Positions 6,139 through 14,527 of a stretch of DNA of 33,167 bases are shown one piece after another; position 1 is the stretch's first letter; the number at the start of each line of letters is the position of its first letter. The notes beneath the pieces were generated by a model. The model saw only the letters and a list, made by a program, of their open reading frames with translations, was not told the DNA's origin and did not search any database. The stretch covers positions 1-33,167 of the forward strand of contig CAYUYD010000003.1 in the NCBI GenBank assembly GCA_964449105.1, in the 5' to 3' direction. Both the position numbers and the translations under genes were made by a program. The stretch is from an uncultured Planctomycetaceae bacterium (GTDB lineage Bacteria; Planctomycetota; Phycisphaerae; SM23-33).

Positions 6139-8586
6139 TTACTTGACGCCGTAGAGCGCCTCTCGGTCGATGTTTCCTTCGAGGTCCCTGAGGATGTCGG
6201 GCAGTTCGACGCCGTCGCGGGCGGCAATCAGGCGCCCCATCGCCAGCGACACCGACAGGATCGCGTTCATGCCGAGGTTGGCCTTTCGCTGCATGACGGC
6301 TACCTGCTCATCGGCGCCGGCGCTGGCGGCCAACTTTTTGCGCTCGACAGCGACCTTGCGTTCGAGGTCCAGCATCTGCTTATCAACGTCGAACAGCCCG
6401 CCGACCTCGGCCAACGTCTTGCCCACGAACAGCGGGGCGATATACTTCTCGACGTTATCAACGGCATTGAGACAGCCCTTGCCTTTGTAACGCTGCGCCC
6501 GCCGCCACAGCTCCGACAGATCCTTGTCGTTCTTGCCATTGACGGTATCGTTGTTCACGTCCTTCTTGAAGGCGAAGGTTTTTCCGCTGTCCTTGCTGGC
6601 GAACAGGGTCGGATGCTTATCGGTGGCCTGGCACTTCTCGACGATGCTGTCGATCAGGTGGCTGGCTTCATCGCTGCCTGCCGATGTTCCCAGCGGCGTT
6701 GCGCCGGTGAAGGTTACGCCGTTCTCGAGACGGACGCTGACGCCGACCGTCGGGATTCCGGCGTTGGTGGCCTCTTCGCGGGCCAGGATAGCGGCTATCT
6801 TCAGGTCGGATTCCAGCGGGCGGGTAACCTTGATGCCCTTGGCGAGCATGTCCATCAGTTCGGTGATGCGGGCGTACTTTATCAGGCGTTCCGTGTTGGA
6901 CCCGCCGCCGCACTTCAGCGCCATGGCATCGACCGCGAAGCCGATGTCGGCCTCCATCGTGTCGTTGGGGCTTTTGGAGCGGTGGGAAACGACCAGCGCA
7001 GCCCCCCTGCTTTTGGCGGCATGAGTGGCCAGGAGCGTCTCGCAAAGCGAACCGATCTGGTTGGCCTTGACGAGGACGGTGTTCATCAGCCCGTCCTCTA
7101 TGGCCTTGATAATGTTGGTGTCCTTGGTGGTAACAAGGTCGTCGCCGATGATGAAGATGGTGTCGCCAAGTTCCTTCATCATCATCTTCCAGCCTTCCGG
7201 GTCGTCCTCGGCATGGCCGTCCTCGATGGAGACGATGGGGTACCTTGCGACCCAGTCCTTGTACATCTCCACGAGTTCTTCGCTGGTCATAACCTTGGGT
7301 TCTTCGGCCCGCCAGAAGGAATACTGTCCGATGGCGTCGGTCCGTCCGGTCTCTTCGCGGAAGGCGACGCTCAGTTCGGTTGCAGCCGGGTCAAGCGCCA
7401 GGGCGACGTCCACGCCCGGTATGAATCCACACTCCTCAATGGCCTGGACGGCGACCTTGAGTGCGCGTTCTTCGGGGATGGCGTCGTCGCCGCGTCTGCT
7501 GTAAGCGCCGACCATTCCGCCTTCAAGACCGATGCCGACGAAGTTCATGCCTTCGGAATCCTGGACGATCTGGATGACGCGGCTTTGAAGGGCGTTTGTC
7601 ATCCGCTGGGCCTCGACGTAATTCGTGGCAGAGAGGGGAAGGAACATGAATTCCTGGAAGGAGAGGTTTCCGCCCTGCTCCTCGGTGTGCCGACCGCCCA
7701 TGAGGCAGTTTCGGAACTGCCAAGGCGCGCGGACCGCCTTGCCGTCCACGTTGATTTCGCGGAGGCGGGTTTCCAGCATCTTCTTCTTTATGCCGGCGGT
7801 GTCCCATTTGCCGGCTGCGGCCGCACGACGGGCTTCCGCCGCCTTTGCGGCTGCACCGGACTGGCGGGCACGGAAACCCTTGAGCGCACCGTGGTCGGCC
7901 AACATGCGGTCAAGCAACGCCACGATGCCTATCGTTGCAAGTAATCGGCCTATGATGAGCACCAGGTTCATTCCGCCGATTGTCGCGCCGGTCAGCACCG
8001 TCAGCGACAGAGTTGACAATACAACCCCCAACGGCAGCGTCGCCATGGACAGTTTGGCGCTGATGGTGGGACCGGCAGCCGAGACCGCCAGGTTCTGGGT
8101 CTTGACGTCCGGGAAAAAATTACCGGCCTCTTTCTTGATGCCGGGGAACTTCCCGAACGGTATAAGCAGAATCGCCTTAAGGTACAGGCCGAACTTGTTC
8201 GTCGCCAGTTGCCTGTCGGCCGATTCGAGGTATTCCGGACGGAGGTTGTTGGTCCGCACCGCCGCCAGGTAATGGCCTAACTCGTGGATGGCAATGTTGA
8301 GGTGATACGAGAGGTACAGGATAATCGCCGAAACGATTACTTCCCCGTGGATGGGATTGAACATGAAGTTCAGCACCTTCCACTTTGTCCATATCTTGTC
8401 GGTCCCCAGCATCAGCAGGCTCGACAGGAACGCCACGTGGAAGGAAACGAGTTTATGGTTTGCGATGACCCATCCTTCTTCCAGGAGTCCCGGTCGCCAG
8501 GAAGGTCTCATCCTTCCGCCGGAGCGGATTCTGCCGATAAGATTTACTATACCTTCATATACCTTCACAGATGTGCTGCCCGACAT
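6139..8586 (-). CDS. Membrane M50/site-2-protease-like domain fused to a circularly permuted enolase (Enolase_C barrel followed by Enolase_N domain)
   Basis: ATG 8586 (MSGSTSV) is preceded by GAAAGGA. The N-terminal ~245 aa have TM segments with HELGH inside a helix, then IPFGKFPG, AAGP and ALLD motifs in M50 order. Residues ~290-600 match the enolase barrel: LMGGRH, SFQEFMFLP, GLEGG, ALALDPAATE, YPIVSIEDG, IIGDDLVTT, LVKANQIGS, VVSHRSKSPNDTMEADI, ALKCGG. Residues ~605-815 match the enolase N-domain: KIAAILAREEATNAGIPTVGVSVRLENG, TPLGTSAGSDEA, YKGKGCLNAVDNV, LGMNAILSVSLA. Confidence 0.85.
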   Translation of the reverse strand: MSGSTSVKVYEGIVNLIGRIRSGGRMRPSWRPGLLEEGWVIANHKLVSFHVAFLSSLLMLGTDKIWTKWKVLNFMFNPIHGEVIVSAIILYLSYHLNIAIHELGHYLAAVRTNNLRPEYLESADRQLATNKFGLYLKAILLIPFGKFPGIKKEAGNFFPDVKTQNLAVSAAGPTISAKLSMATLPLGVVLSTLSLTVLTGATIGGMNLVLIIGRLLATIGIVALLDRMLADHGALKGFRARQSGAAAKAAEARRAAAAGKWDTAGIKKKMLETRLREINVDGKAVRAPWQFRNCLMGGRHTEEQGGNLSFQEFMFLPLSATNYVEAQRMTNALQSRVIQIVQDSEGMNFVGIGLEGGMVGAYSRRGDDAIPEERALKVAVQAIEECGFIPGVDVALALDPAATELSVAFREETGRTDAIGQYSFWRAEEPKVMTSEELVEMYKDWVARYPIVSIEDGHAEDDPEGWKMMMKELGDTIFIIGDDLVTTKDTNIIKAIEDGLMNTVLVKANQIGSLCETLLATHAAKSRGAALVVSHRSKSPNDTMEADIGFAVDAMALKCGGGSNTERLIKYARITELMDMLAKGIKVTRPLESDLKIAAILAREEATNAGIPTVGVSVRLENGVTFTGATPLGTSAGSDEASHLIDSIVEKCQATDKHPTLFASKDSGKTFAFKKDVNNDTVNGKNDKDLSELWRRAQRYKGKGCLNAVDNVEKYIAPLFVGKTLAEVGGLFDVDKQMLDLERKVAVERKKLAASAGADEQVAVMQRKANLGMNAILSVSLAMGRLIAARDGVELPDILRDLEGNIDREALYGVK

Positions 8587-8776
8587 TATATTTTTCCTTT
8601 CTTTTCCCTGATTTTTGACAATCAATTAGGGGATTCCCGATTACATTGTGGCCGAAAGGCCCGTAAAAAACCGAGGCAGTATCGCATTATAATCGGTGAA
8701 ATGCAATAGTTGAGTTGGCGAGGCATGAAAGTTTCTTTCCACGCGCCGGCTTGGCGATACAATAAAGCAATCGCAT

Positions 8777-9895
8777 ATGTTACAGGTATCCGTCAACAAC
8801 ATATCCGGCCCGACATCGGGCAGGTCCGTTCACGTAGGCCTGGTCGCAGGCGGTCAGACGCTTTGCAACCTCGGTCCGGTGGTTCGGCACATGATAGTCG
8901 GGCTGCTGGATGAACCGCTGCCGGTAACGCTGTTTTGCCCGGCCAAAACGGACGTCGTAAATATCCCCGCCCCGCCGGTGCAGATTATCGAGTATGACAC
9001 GACCCGCCTTCCGTTTCTCCGTGAACGGGCGTTCGATGCCCTTGTCCAGCAGGTCGCCCAGTCCGGCATATCTCTGCTGCACGCCCTTGATACCGATGCG
9101 GCGGGTCTTACGGGCAGACTGGCAGCCGAAGTGGATGTGGATTATATCATCGGTATATATTCGCTTGTCCGGGATGTGAGGCCGCTGGATATGCACTGCC
9201 GGGCGGTCCTCGCCGCCAGCGAGCCGATCCGCCAGCGCTTGCTGAATTCGCATATCGGTCCGGCGGAGATGGTCCATCTGCTCCGGCCTGGGGTTCACCA
9301 GTCCCACGAGGCTACGTGCTTTGTCAATCCCGCCCTTTCCACCGCCATTGTAGCAGGAGGGGTATTTCAGGAACACAGACCTTTCGCCACGGTTCTGGAG
9401 GTGTTCGCCCAACTGCAAAAGTCGCGGCAGGATTGCGTTTTTTTCGTCGTAGGCAGCGGCCCGGACGAAGTACGCCTCCGACGACTGTCAGAAAAACTGG
9501 GCCTGACGGCGAACCTGACCTTTGTGGACCGGCAAGGCCCTGACGAACTAAAGGACATCCTTCGCGCCGCCGACATCTTCATCTCGCCAGCGCCGTCAAA
9601 CCGTTTGGAGATAGAACTTCTATCGGCGATGGCGGCGGGCGTTCCGGTCATCGCCGCCGGGACGAAGGTCTGCGATTTCATTATTCCGGACGAAACGGCA
9701 CTGACGTACCGCTCCGGCAGCGCCTCTGAACTGGCCGACAAACTCGCCTTACTGATGGACGACCATTACGCCGCTAAAAAACTCGCGGAAAAGGCGCTCG
9801 AATATCTTCGCAAAAACCACTCGCCGGCAAAGATGGCCAGCCAATTGATCGACCTGTATTACGCCGTTACAGGAAAGAAAAGACCCGTGAGTTAG
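8777..9895 (+). CDS. Glycosyltransferase, GT-B fold (family 1/4-like)
   Basis: The C-terminal half is typical of the family: VFFVVGSGPDEVRLRRLSEKLGLTANLTFVDRQGPDELKDILRAADIFISPA, EIELLSAMAAGVPVIAAG. The N-terminal Rossmann half is divergent. Length is 372 aa. Confidence 0.8.
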   Translation: MLQVSVNNISGPTSGRSVHVGLVAGGQTLCNLGPVVRHMIVGLLDEPLPVTLFCPAKTDVVNIPAPPVQIIEYDTTRLPFLRERAFDALVQQVAQSGISLLHALDTDAAGLTGRLAAEVDVDYIIGIYSLVRDVRPLDMHCRAVLAASEPIRQRLLNSHIGPAEMVHLLRPGVHQSHEATCFVNPALSTAIVAGGVFQEHRPFATVLEVFAQLQKSRQDCVFFVVGSGPDEVRLRRLSEKLGLTANLTFVDRQGPDELKDILRAADIFISPAPSNRLEIELLSAMAAGVPVIAAGTKVCDFIIPDETALTYRSGSASELADKLALLMDDHYAAKKLAEKALEYLRKNHSPAKMASQLIDLYYAVTGKKRPVS

Positions 9896-10182
9896 ACTGG
9901 CGCTTTGCACATTTCGGCGAGGTCGATTCCCGCAAGTTCGGGGGCGTCTAACTGATCTGCAAGCCGATGCATCAGTTCCCCGTCAGCCTGCTCGGCATTC
10001 AGGAACTCTACGCCCAGCAGATTTCCCTCGGCATCGTAGTCCGCCATTATGGAAGCCGGTTCTATCACCACGGTGTTCTTGACCTGACCTGTCGCGATGT
10101 CTGTAACATAGACGTAGCCCAGAACGCCGGTTTCGGTCGCCTCAAGCGTAATACGCAGAGATTTCAATTCGCCTTTGACCAT
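9892..10182 (-). CDS. DUF2283-family small protein (putative antitoxin partner)
   Basis: The 96-aa protein includes LRITLEATETGVLGYVYV...IMADYDAEGNLLGVEFLNAEQ, which fits the DUF2283 pattern as I recall it. It overlaps the upstream DUF4258 gene by 19 nt. Confidence 0.7.
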   Translation of the reverse strand: MVKGELKSLRITLEATETGVLGYVYVTDIATGQVKNTVVIEPASIMADYDAEGNLLGVEFLNAEQADGELMHRLADQLDAPELAGIDLAEMCKAPV

Positions 10183-10427
10183 AACACCGTCTTCACGAGC
10201 AGTATGCTTTCGTGTGACAACTCTTCAATCGCTACTACAAGTATTCTATCCCAATCTGCAAGATATTTGGTCAATATTTTTCCTCCATGGACCATATCCG
10301 TTTCTACGGAATCAGGACTATCTATCGCTTCGCGGACATCTTCCTCTTCGATAAGTCGCTCCTCAATGCGACGCCTTGCGTGAGCGGTGAACTGAATGTA
10401 CCAACCTTCATACATCTCTTCATTCAC
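10164..10427 (-). CDS. DUF4258-family protein (putative toxin)
   Basis: The 87-aa protein includes YIQFTAHARRRIEERLIEEEDVREAI, which matches the DUF4258 signature (F/T-x-HAxxRMxERxI). Its start is 3 nt after the dapA stop. Confidence 0.7.
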   Translation of the reverse strand: MNEEMYEGWYIQFTAHARRRIEERLIEEEDVREAIDSPDSVETDMVHGGKILTKYLADWDRILVVAIEELSHESILLVKTVLWSKAN

Positions 10428-10430
10428 CCC

Positions 10431-11321
10431 TTACGCTTTCGCATCGACGCCAAAGGGTTTCAGCAATTCCGCCAGTGGTGCGCGGTACTTTTCCGCCAAC
10501 GGTATGAGAGGCAGGCGGAGTTCGTTTTCGATCATACCGGCCATTGCAAGGGCGGCCTTGATGGGAATCGGGTTGGTTTCCCAGAAGATTGCCCTGAACA
10601 GCGGGAAAAGTTTCAGGTGCTGCGCGGTGGCGGCGGCCAGGTCGCCGGCGAGGATGGCGTCGGTGAGTTTTCGCACCTCTGCCGGCAGGATGTTGGCAAG
10701 GACGCTGATGACGCCCCGCCCCCCCACCGAGCAGATCGGAAGCGTCAGCGAATCGTCGCCGGAGATTATCGTTACGTCGCACCCGGCGGCCAGGGCGGAA
10801 GATGAATCCAGTTTGCCCGTAGCCTCCTTGACGGCGACGACCTGCTCGATCTCGTTGTACATTCGGATAATCGTCTCGGTCGCCAGTTCAATCCCCGTCC
10901 TGCCGGGGATGTTGTAGAGGACTATGGGCAGGCCGACCTCGGCCAAAGCGGCGATGTGTTCGTACATTCCCTGCTGCGTGGGCTTGTTGTAATAGGGATT
11001 GACTATCAGACAGGCATCTGCGTCGACCTCTTTGGCGTGTTTGGTCAGGCGGACAGCCTCGGCTGTACTGTTGCTGCCTGTCCCGGCGATGACAGGGACC
11101 TTCCCTGCCGCACGCTCGACGGTGAACTCGATTACCTTGTCGTGCTCTTCGTGGCTGAGCGTCGGAGATTCACCCGTCGTGCCGCAGGGCACAAGCCCCT
11201 GAGTGCCGCCGGCCAGTTGAAAGTCAATCAACCGACCCATCGCGTCGTAATCAACCGCCCCGCCTCGGAACGGCGTAACCAGCGCCACCATAGAACCTTC
11301 GAATTTTATTTTGTCGGTCAT
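10431..11321 (-). CDS. dapA: 4-hydroxy-tetrahydrodipicolinate synthase
   Basis: The sequence MTDKIKFEGSMVALVTPFRGGAVDYDAMGRLIDFQLAGGTQGLVPCGTTGESPTLSHEEH is classic DapA. I chose ATG 11321, which follows GGGGA, over the longer 11363 start. Confidence 0.92.
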   Translation of the reverse strand: MTDKIKFEGSMVALVTPFRGGAVDYDAMGRLIDFQLAGGTQGLVPCGTTGESPTLSHEEHDKVIEFTVERAAGKVPVIAGTGSNSTAEAVRLTKHAKEVDADACLIVNPYYNKPTQQGMYEHIAALAEVGLPIVLYNIPGRTGIELATETIIRMYNEIEQVVAVKEATGKLDSSSALAAGCDVTIISGDDSLTLPICSVGGRGVISVLANILPAEVRKLTDAILAGDLAAATAQHLKLFPLFRAIFWETNPIPIKAALAMAGMIENELRLPLIPLAEKYRAPLAELLKPFGVDAKA

Positions 11322-11386
11322 GTTGCACATCCCCATATATTTCTGCGAAGCGGCTAGCCGCACGGCTTGCCGCTTCGCAATATCGA

Positions 11387-12109
11387 TTATTTTCCCGCTT
11401 CTCGAATCAACCTTTTCATTTCGACGACTGCTTCGCGGAGACCGGTGAAGACGGCGCGAGAGATGATTGAGTGTCCGATGTTGAACTCGCTGAAGCCCTC
11501 CATCGCCGCTACCGGAGTGATGTTGCGATAGGTCAGCCCGTGTCCGCCGTGGACGATTAAACCGGCATCAAGCCCGGTCTTCAAACCGGCGCGGATTTCT
11601 TCCAGCGTCCCTGCCACCTCATCGCCGACGGCGTTGGCATACCGCCCGGTGTGGATTTCGATGGCGCCGAAGCCCGCGTCGCGCGATGCTGCAATCTGGG
11701 CGGGGTCCGGGTCGATAAACGCGCTGACGACAATGCCGGCCTGATTCAGCCGCTTTACCACCTCGGACACCCGCTTCATCTGTCCGCGAACGTCCAGGCC
11801 GCCCTCGGTGGTAACCTCCTGGCGGTTCTCAGGAACGAGCGACGCCTGCTGAGGCCTGATTTCAAGGGCGATATTGACTATTTCCTCGGCCAGCGACATT
11901 TCCATGTTCAACTTGACCCGGACGGTCTGCTTGAGCAGATGGACGTCGCGGTCGAGGATGTGGCGGCGGTCCTGCCGGAGGTGAAATGTAATGCAGTCCG
12001 CCCCGCCGAGTTCCGCTTCCGCCGCCGCCCAGACCGGGTCCGGTTCAACGGTTCGTCTCGCCTGCCGGACCGTAGCTACGTGATCGATATTTACGCCTAA
12101 ACCCGCCAT
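11387..12109 (-). CDS. pdxJ: Pyridoxine 5'-phosphate synthase
   Basis: [42 protein letters not shown] and EIHTGRYA are PdxJ hallmarks. ATG 12109 follows GGAGT. The upstream 83 codons of the ORF read through an inverted repeat and are not coding. Confidence 0.92.
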   Translation of the reverse strand: MAGLGVNIDHVATVRQARRTVEPDPVWAAAEAELGGADCITFHLRQDRRHILDRDVHLLKQTVRVKLNMEMSLAEEIVNIALEIRPQQASLVPENRQEVTTEGGLDVRGQMKRVSEVVKRLNQAGIVVSAFIDPDPAQIAASRDAGFGAIEIHTGRYANAVGDEVAGTLEEIRAGLKTGLDAGLIVHGGHGLTYRNITPVAAMEGFSEFNIGHSIISRAVFTGLREAVVEMKRLIREAGK

Positions 12110-12143
12110 CGTGTTACTCCAATTTCCGATTGGTTTATTCGTT

Positions 12144-12225
12144 TTACGAGCCGCGACCGTCAGGGAGCGGTCGGCAAACCTTATCATGACCGGAATGACC
12201 GCTCCCTGACGGTCGCGGCTCGTAA
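12144..12225. repeat. Perfect 29-bp inverted repeat (TTACGAGCCGCGACCGTCAGGGAGCGGTC / GACCGCTCCCTGACGGTCGCGGCTCGTAA) with a 24-nt loop
   Basis: The arms at 12144-12172 and 12197-12225 are exact reverse complements. The repeat sits in the divergent region between pdxJ (start 12109) and the phosphoesterase gene (start 12357). Confidence 0.9.
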
Positions 12226-12356
12226 GGTCGCATCCGCTATCTGAATCCCTGACAAATAGTGTGCTCAAATAACCTATCCGAAAATAACTTAATCTGCAAA
12301 TCTTTGCTCCCGTCGGAACTATATGATGTAGAATGTATCCCGAAAGGAGTTCATCC

Positions 12357-13934
12357 ATGACTCGCAGATTTATCTTCGGTTTGCTTATACTGTTTGCCGT
12401 CTCGGCATCCGTATGCGCGCAAACGACCCGCCCTGCCGGTTCGTCTGAACCGGCTGACCTGCTGGCTGGGGCGAAGTGGTCTTACAGCACCGACGATGGT
12501 AAAACCTTCTCGGCCACGCCTCTCACCATCAAGTCCGGGACGACCGCCGAAATCACAGCCCGGACGGAATTCGACGCAGCCGACCCGTCCGAGTTTGTCG
12601 TGCTGGAACTGACGCCCAACCTGCCGACGCAATCGTCTCAACACCTGAAATTTTTCCTCAACGGCGAGCAGATAAAACCGCCTATGGAGGGAATGAATTA
12701 CAAGACCATCCCCGCCATCGACGCGAAGATGCTGAAGGCGGGCAAAAACGTTCTGACGGCCAGGATTACACTCAAAAACAACGCGAAGGACTATCAACTC
12801 GATATCGCCATGCGACTGGCAGCGTTGAAGGCAGAGCATTTTAAAATCCAGACCGGCCCGATACTCGGCGCTATCGGCGAGAACTACTTCACCGTAACCT
12901 GTCGGACGAACATGCCGGCGAGCGGGACTCTCTCTGCCCAACCAGTTCGCATGACGGCAATCATTCCGCCGGTGGTCGGCACGACTCCAGCCGGGCTGTT
13001 CCACCGATTCAAACTCCAGGACCTCAAAGGCAGTTGTAACGAATACACGTACAGGCTGCAGTTTCAATGCCGTGACGTGAAAATCACCTATCGTGACCAG
13101 GTGGTCTTACCTGCGAGCATTCGCATCGGTCAATTGCGCTTCATCGCGATGGGCGACAGCAGGACGAACCCGGAGGACTGGGCTAAGGTGACCGAGGCCG
13201 TTCTAAAGACCAAGCCCGATTTGGTCGTCTTTTCCGGCGACATGGTCGCCTATGGCCTGAATGATTGGCAATGGGATGAGGAGTTCTTCGGCCCGGCGAA
13301 GAAACTATTCGAGACGATCCCCTTCTACGCCGTTATCGGCAATCACGAGCACAACGCTCCGCTTTACCCGGAATTGTTCTATACGCCAAGCAAGGACGGA
13401 CGCGGCAAAAACTGGTCGCAGGAAATCAACGGCGTGCTTTTAATTGGCATTGACGGTGAGGAGGACTTCTCGGAAGGCAGCGAAAACGGAAAGTGGCTGG
13501 AAAAGACGCTGGATGAGTCAAAGGCGAAGTTCATCTTCTTCTTCAGTCACTATCCCGCCTGGACTTCGAGCAACCACGGCCGGCTGGACGAGAAAACCGG
13601 CAGACCTGCAGAGAAGCCGACTCTCCAGGCGCAGGATGTAATCGCGCCGCTGCTGACGAAGTACAAGGCCACCGCTTTTATCTGTGGGCATGATCACGTC
13701 TATGAGCGTTCGGAGTTGCCGGGCGGGTTGACTCACATAATTTCCGGCGGGGCCGGTGCGCCACTCCGCCAAAAGGTGGAAGAAGCCGAAAAACAAAACC
13801 CTTATTCAAAGGTCTTCGCCTCCGTGTTGCACTACTGCTTCTTTGAGGTCAACGGCGATACGTGCACAATGAAGGCCGTTACCCCCGAAGGAAAGGTTAT
13901 TGATACGCGGGTGTGGAAGGCGCGAGGGAAATAG
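12357..13934 (+). CDS. Secreted metallophosphoesterase (calcineurin-like / purple-acid-phosphatase-like)
   Basis: ATG 12357 follows AAAGGAG at 7-nt spacing. The signal peptide is [22 protein letters not shown]. Metallophosphatase motifs present are GDSR, GDMVAYG, GNHE and GHDHVYER. Confidence 0.85.
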   Translation: MTRRFIFGLLILFAVSASVCAQTTRPAGSSEPADLLAGAKWSYSTDDGKTFSATPLTIKSGTTAEITARTEFDAADPSEFVVLELTPNLPTQSSQHLKFFLNGEQIKPPMEGMNYKTIPAIDAKMLKAGKNVLTARITLKNNAKDYQLDIAMRLAALKAEHFKIQTGPILGAIGENYFTVTCRTNMPASGTLSAQPVRMTAIIPPVVGTTPAGLFHRFKLQDLKGSCNEYTYRLQFQCRDVKITYRDQVVLPASIRIGQLRFIAMGDSRTNPEDWAKVTEAVLKTKPDLVVFSGDMVAYGLNDWQWDEEFFGPAKKLFETIPFYAVIGNHEHNAPLYPELFYTPSKDGRGKNWSQEINGVLLIGIDGEEDFSEGSENGKWLEKTLDESKAKFIFFFSHYPAWTSSNHGRLDEKTGRPAEKPTLQAQDVIAPLLTKYKATAFICGHDHVYERSELPGGLTHIISGGAGAPLRQKVEEAEKQNPYSKVFASVLHYCFFEVNGDTCTMKAVTPEGKVIDTRVWKARGK

Positions 13935-14001
13935 GTTAGAGGTTAGAGTTACGCGCGAAGCGACTTGTCGTTTCTTTTACTCTCACCTCTCACCTCTAAC
14001 C
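13934..14001. repeat. Imperfect inverted repeat with periodic arms (GGTTAGAGGTTAGAG ... CTCACCTCTCACCTCTAACC) filling a convergent gap
   Basis: Read directly from the sequence. It lies between the stop codons at 13934 (+) and 14003 (-), so it is probably a bidirectional terminator-like hairpin. Confidence 0.6.
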
Positions 14002-14002
14002 T

Positions 14003-14527
14003 TCAGTAGGTCAGATTCCGTCGAGGACAGGCAGAGGCGGTAACTGATAGAGAGTTTCCGCCGGACTCCAGGTCCAGTCGAACCGTTACGCTCTTGGTAT
14101 ATTCAATTCCTTCGCCGTCCAGGCCGATGTCAGGGTCGATAAAGAAGTCCGTAACCTGCACCTCCTCGTCTGAAGCGATAAGAGGTTCAGATGTCTGCGT
14201 TCCGCTGACGGTGCGGCGGCAATAGAGGGCTCCGCCGACCAGTTCGTATTCGATTTTCGTCAGGCCTTCGGGATTGGTCGGCGGGACGATGGTAACTCGT
14301 TGTGAGGATGAATCAACGCCATCGGCAGTGCGAATCTCCGACATCATCCGGTTGAGCACGACTCGCGCGGTTTGTGTCAGTTGAGCGATTTTCGTATTTT
14401 CGCCGTAGTTCTGAAAACCGGCCTGCATTGCCATCGCCACCGCCGACAGGAGAATAGCCAGTATCGTCAGGGCCATCAGCATTTCGACAATCGTAAAGCC
14501 CCGCCGGGTTTGTGCTTGTTTCGTCAT
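14003..14527 (-). CDS. Prepilin-type N-terminal cleavage/methylation domain protein (GspJ-like minor pseudopilin)
   Basis: The N-terminus is MTKQAQTRRGFTIVEMLMALTILAILLSAV (the GFTxxE motif plus a hydrophobic helix). An ATGA overlap joins it to the upstream gene. Confidence 0.8.
   Translation of the reverse strand: MTKQAQTRRGFTIVEMLMALTILAILLSAVAMAMQAGFQNYGENTKIAQLTQTARVVLNRMMSEIRTADGVDSSSQRVTIVPPTNPEGLTKIEYELVGGALYCRRTVSGTQTSEPLIASDEEVQVTDFFIDPDIGLDGEGIEYTKSVTVRLDLESGGNSLSVTASACPRRNLTY

Noticed and set aside
6613-7944. 443-aa plus-strand ORF (and other long ORFs at 6524-7024, 7025-7504, 7625-8272)
   Set aside because: These are antisense to the strongly supported enolase-fusion gene. The translations are Gly/Asp/Val/Ala/Arg-rich with no recognisable motifs, which is the typical shadow-ORF pattern of GC-rich coding DNA.
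8780-9418. 212-aa minus-strand ORF
   Set aside because: It is antisense to the glycosyltransferase gene, whose frame gives a full-length GT-B protein. No motifs are recognisable.
12110-12358. N-terminal 83-codon extension of the pdxJ ORF
   Set aside because: The extension reads through the perfect 29-bp inverted repeat. PdxJ homology begins exactly at [11 protein letters not shown], which has a GGAGT RBS.
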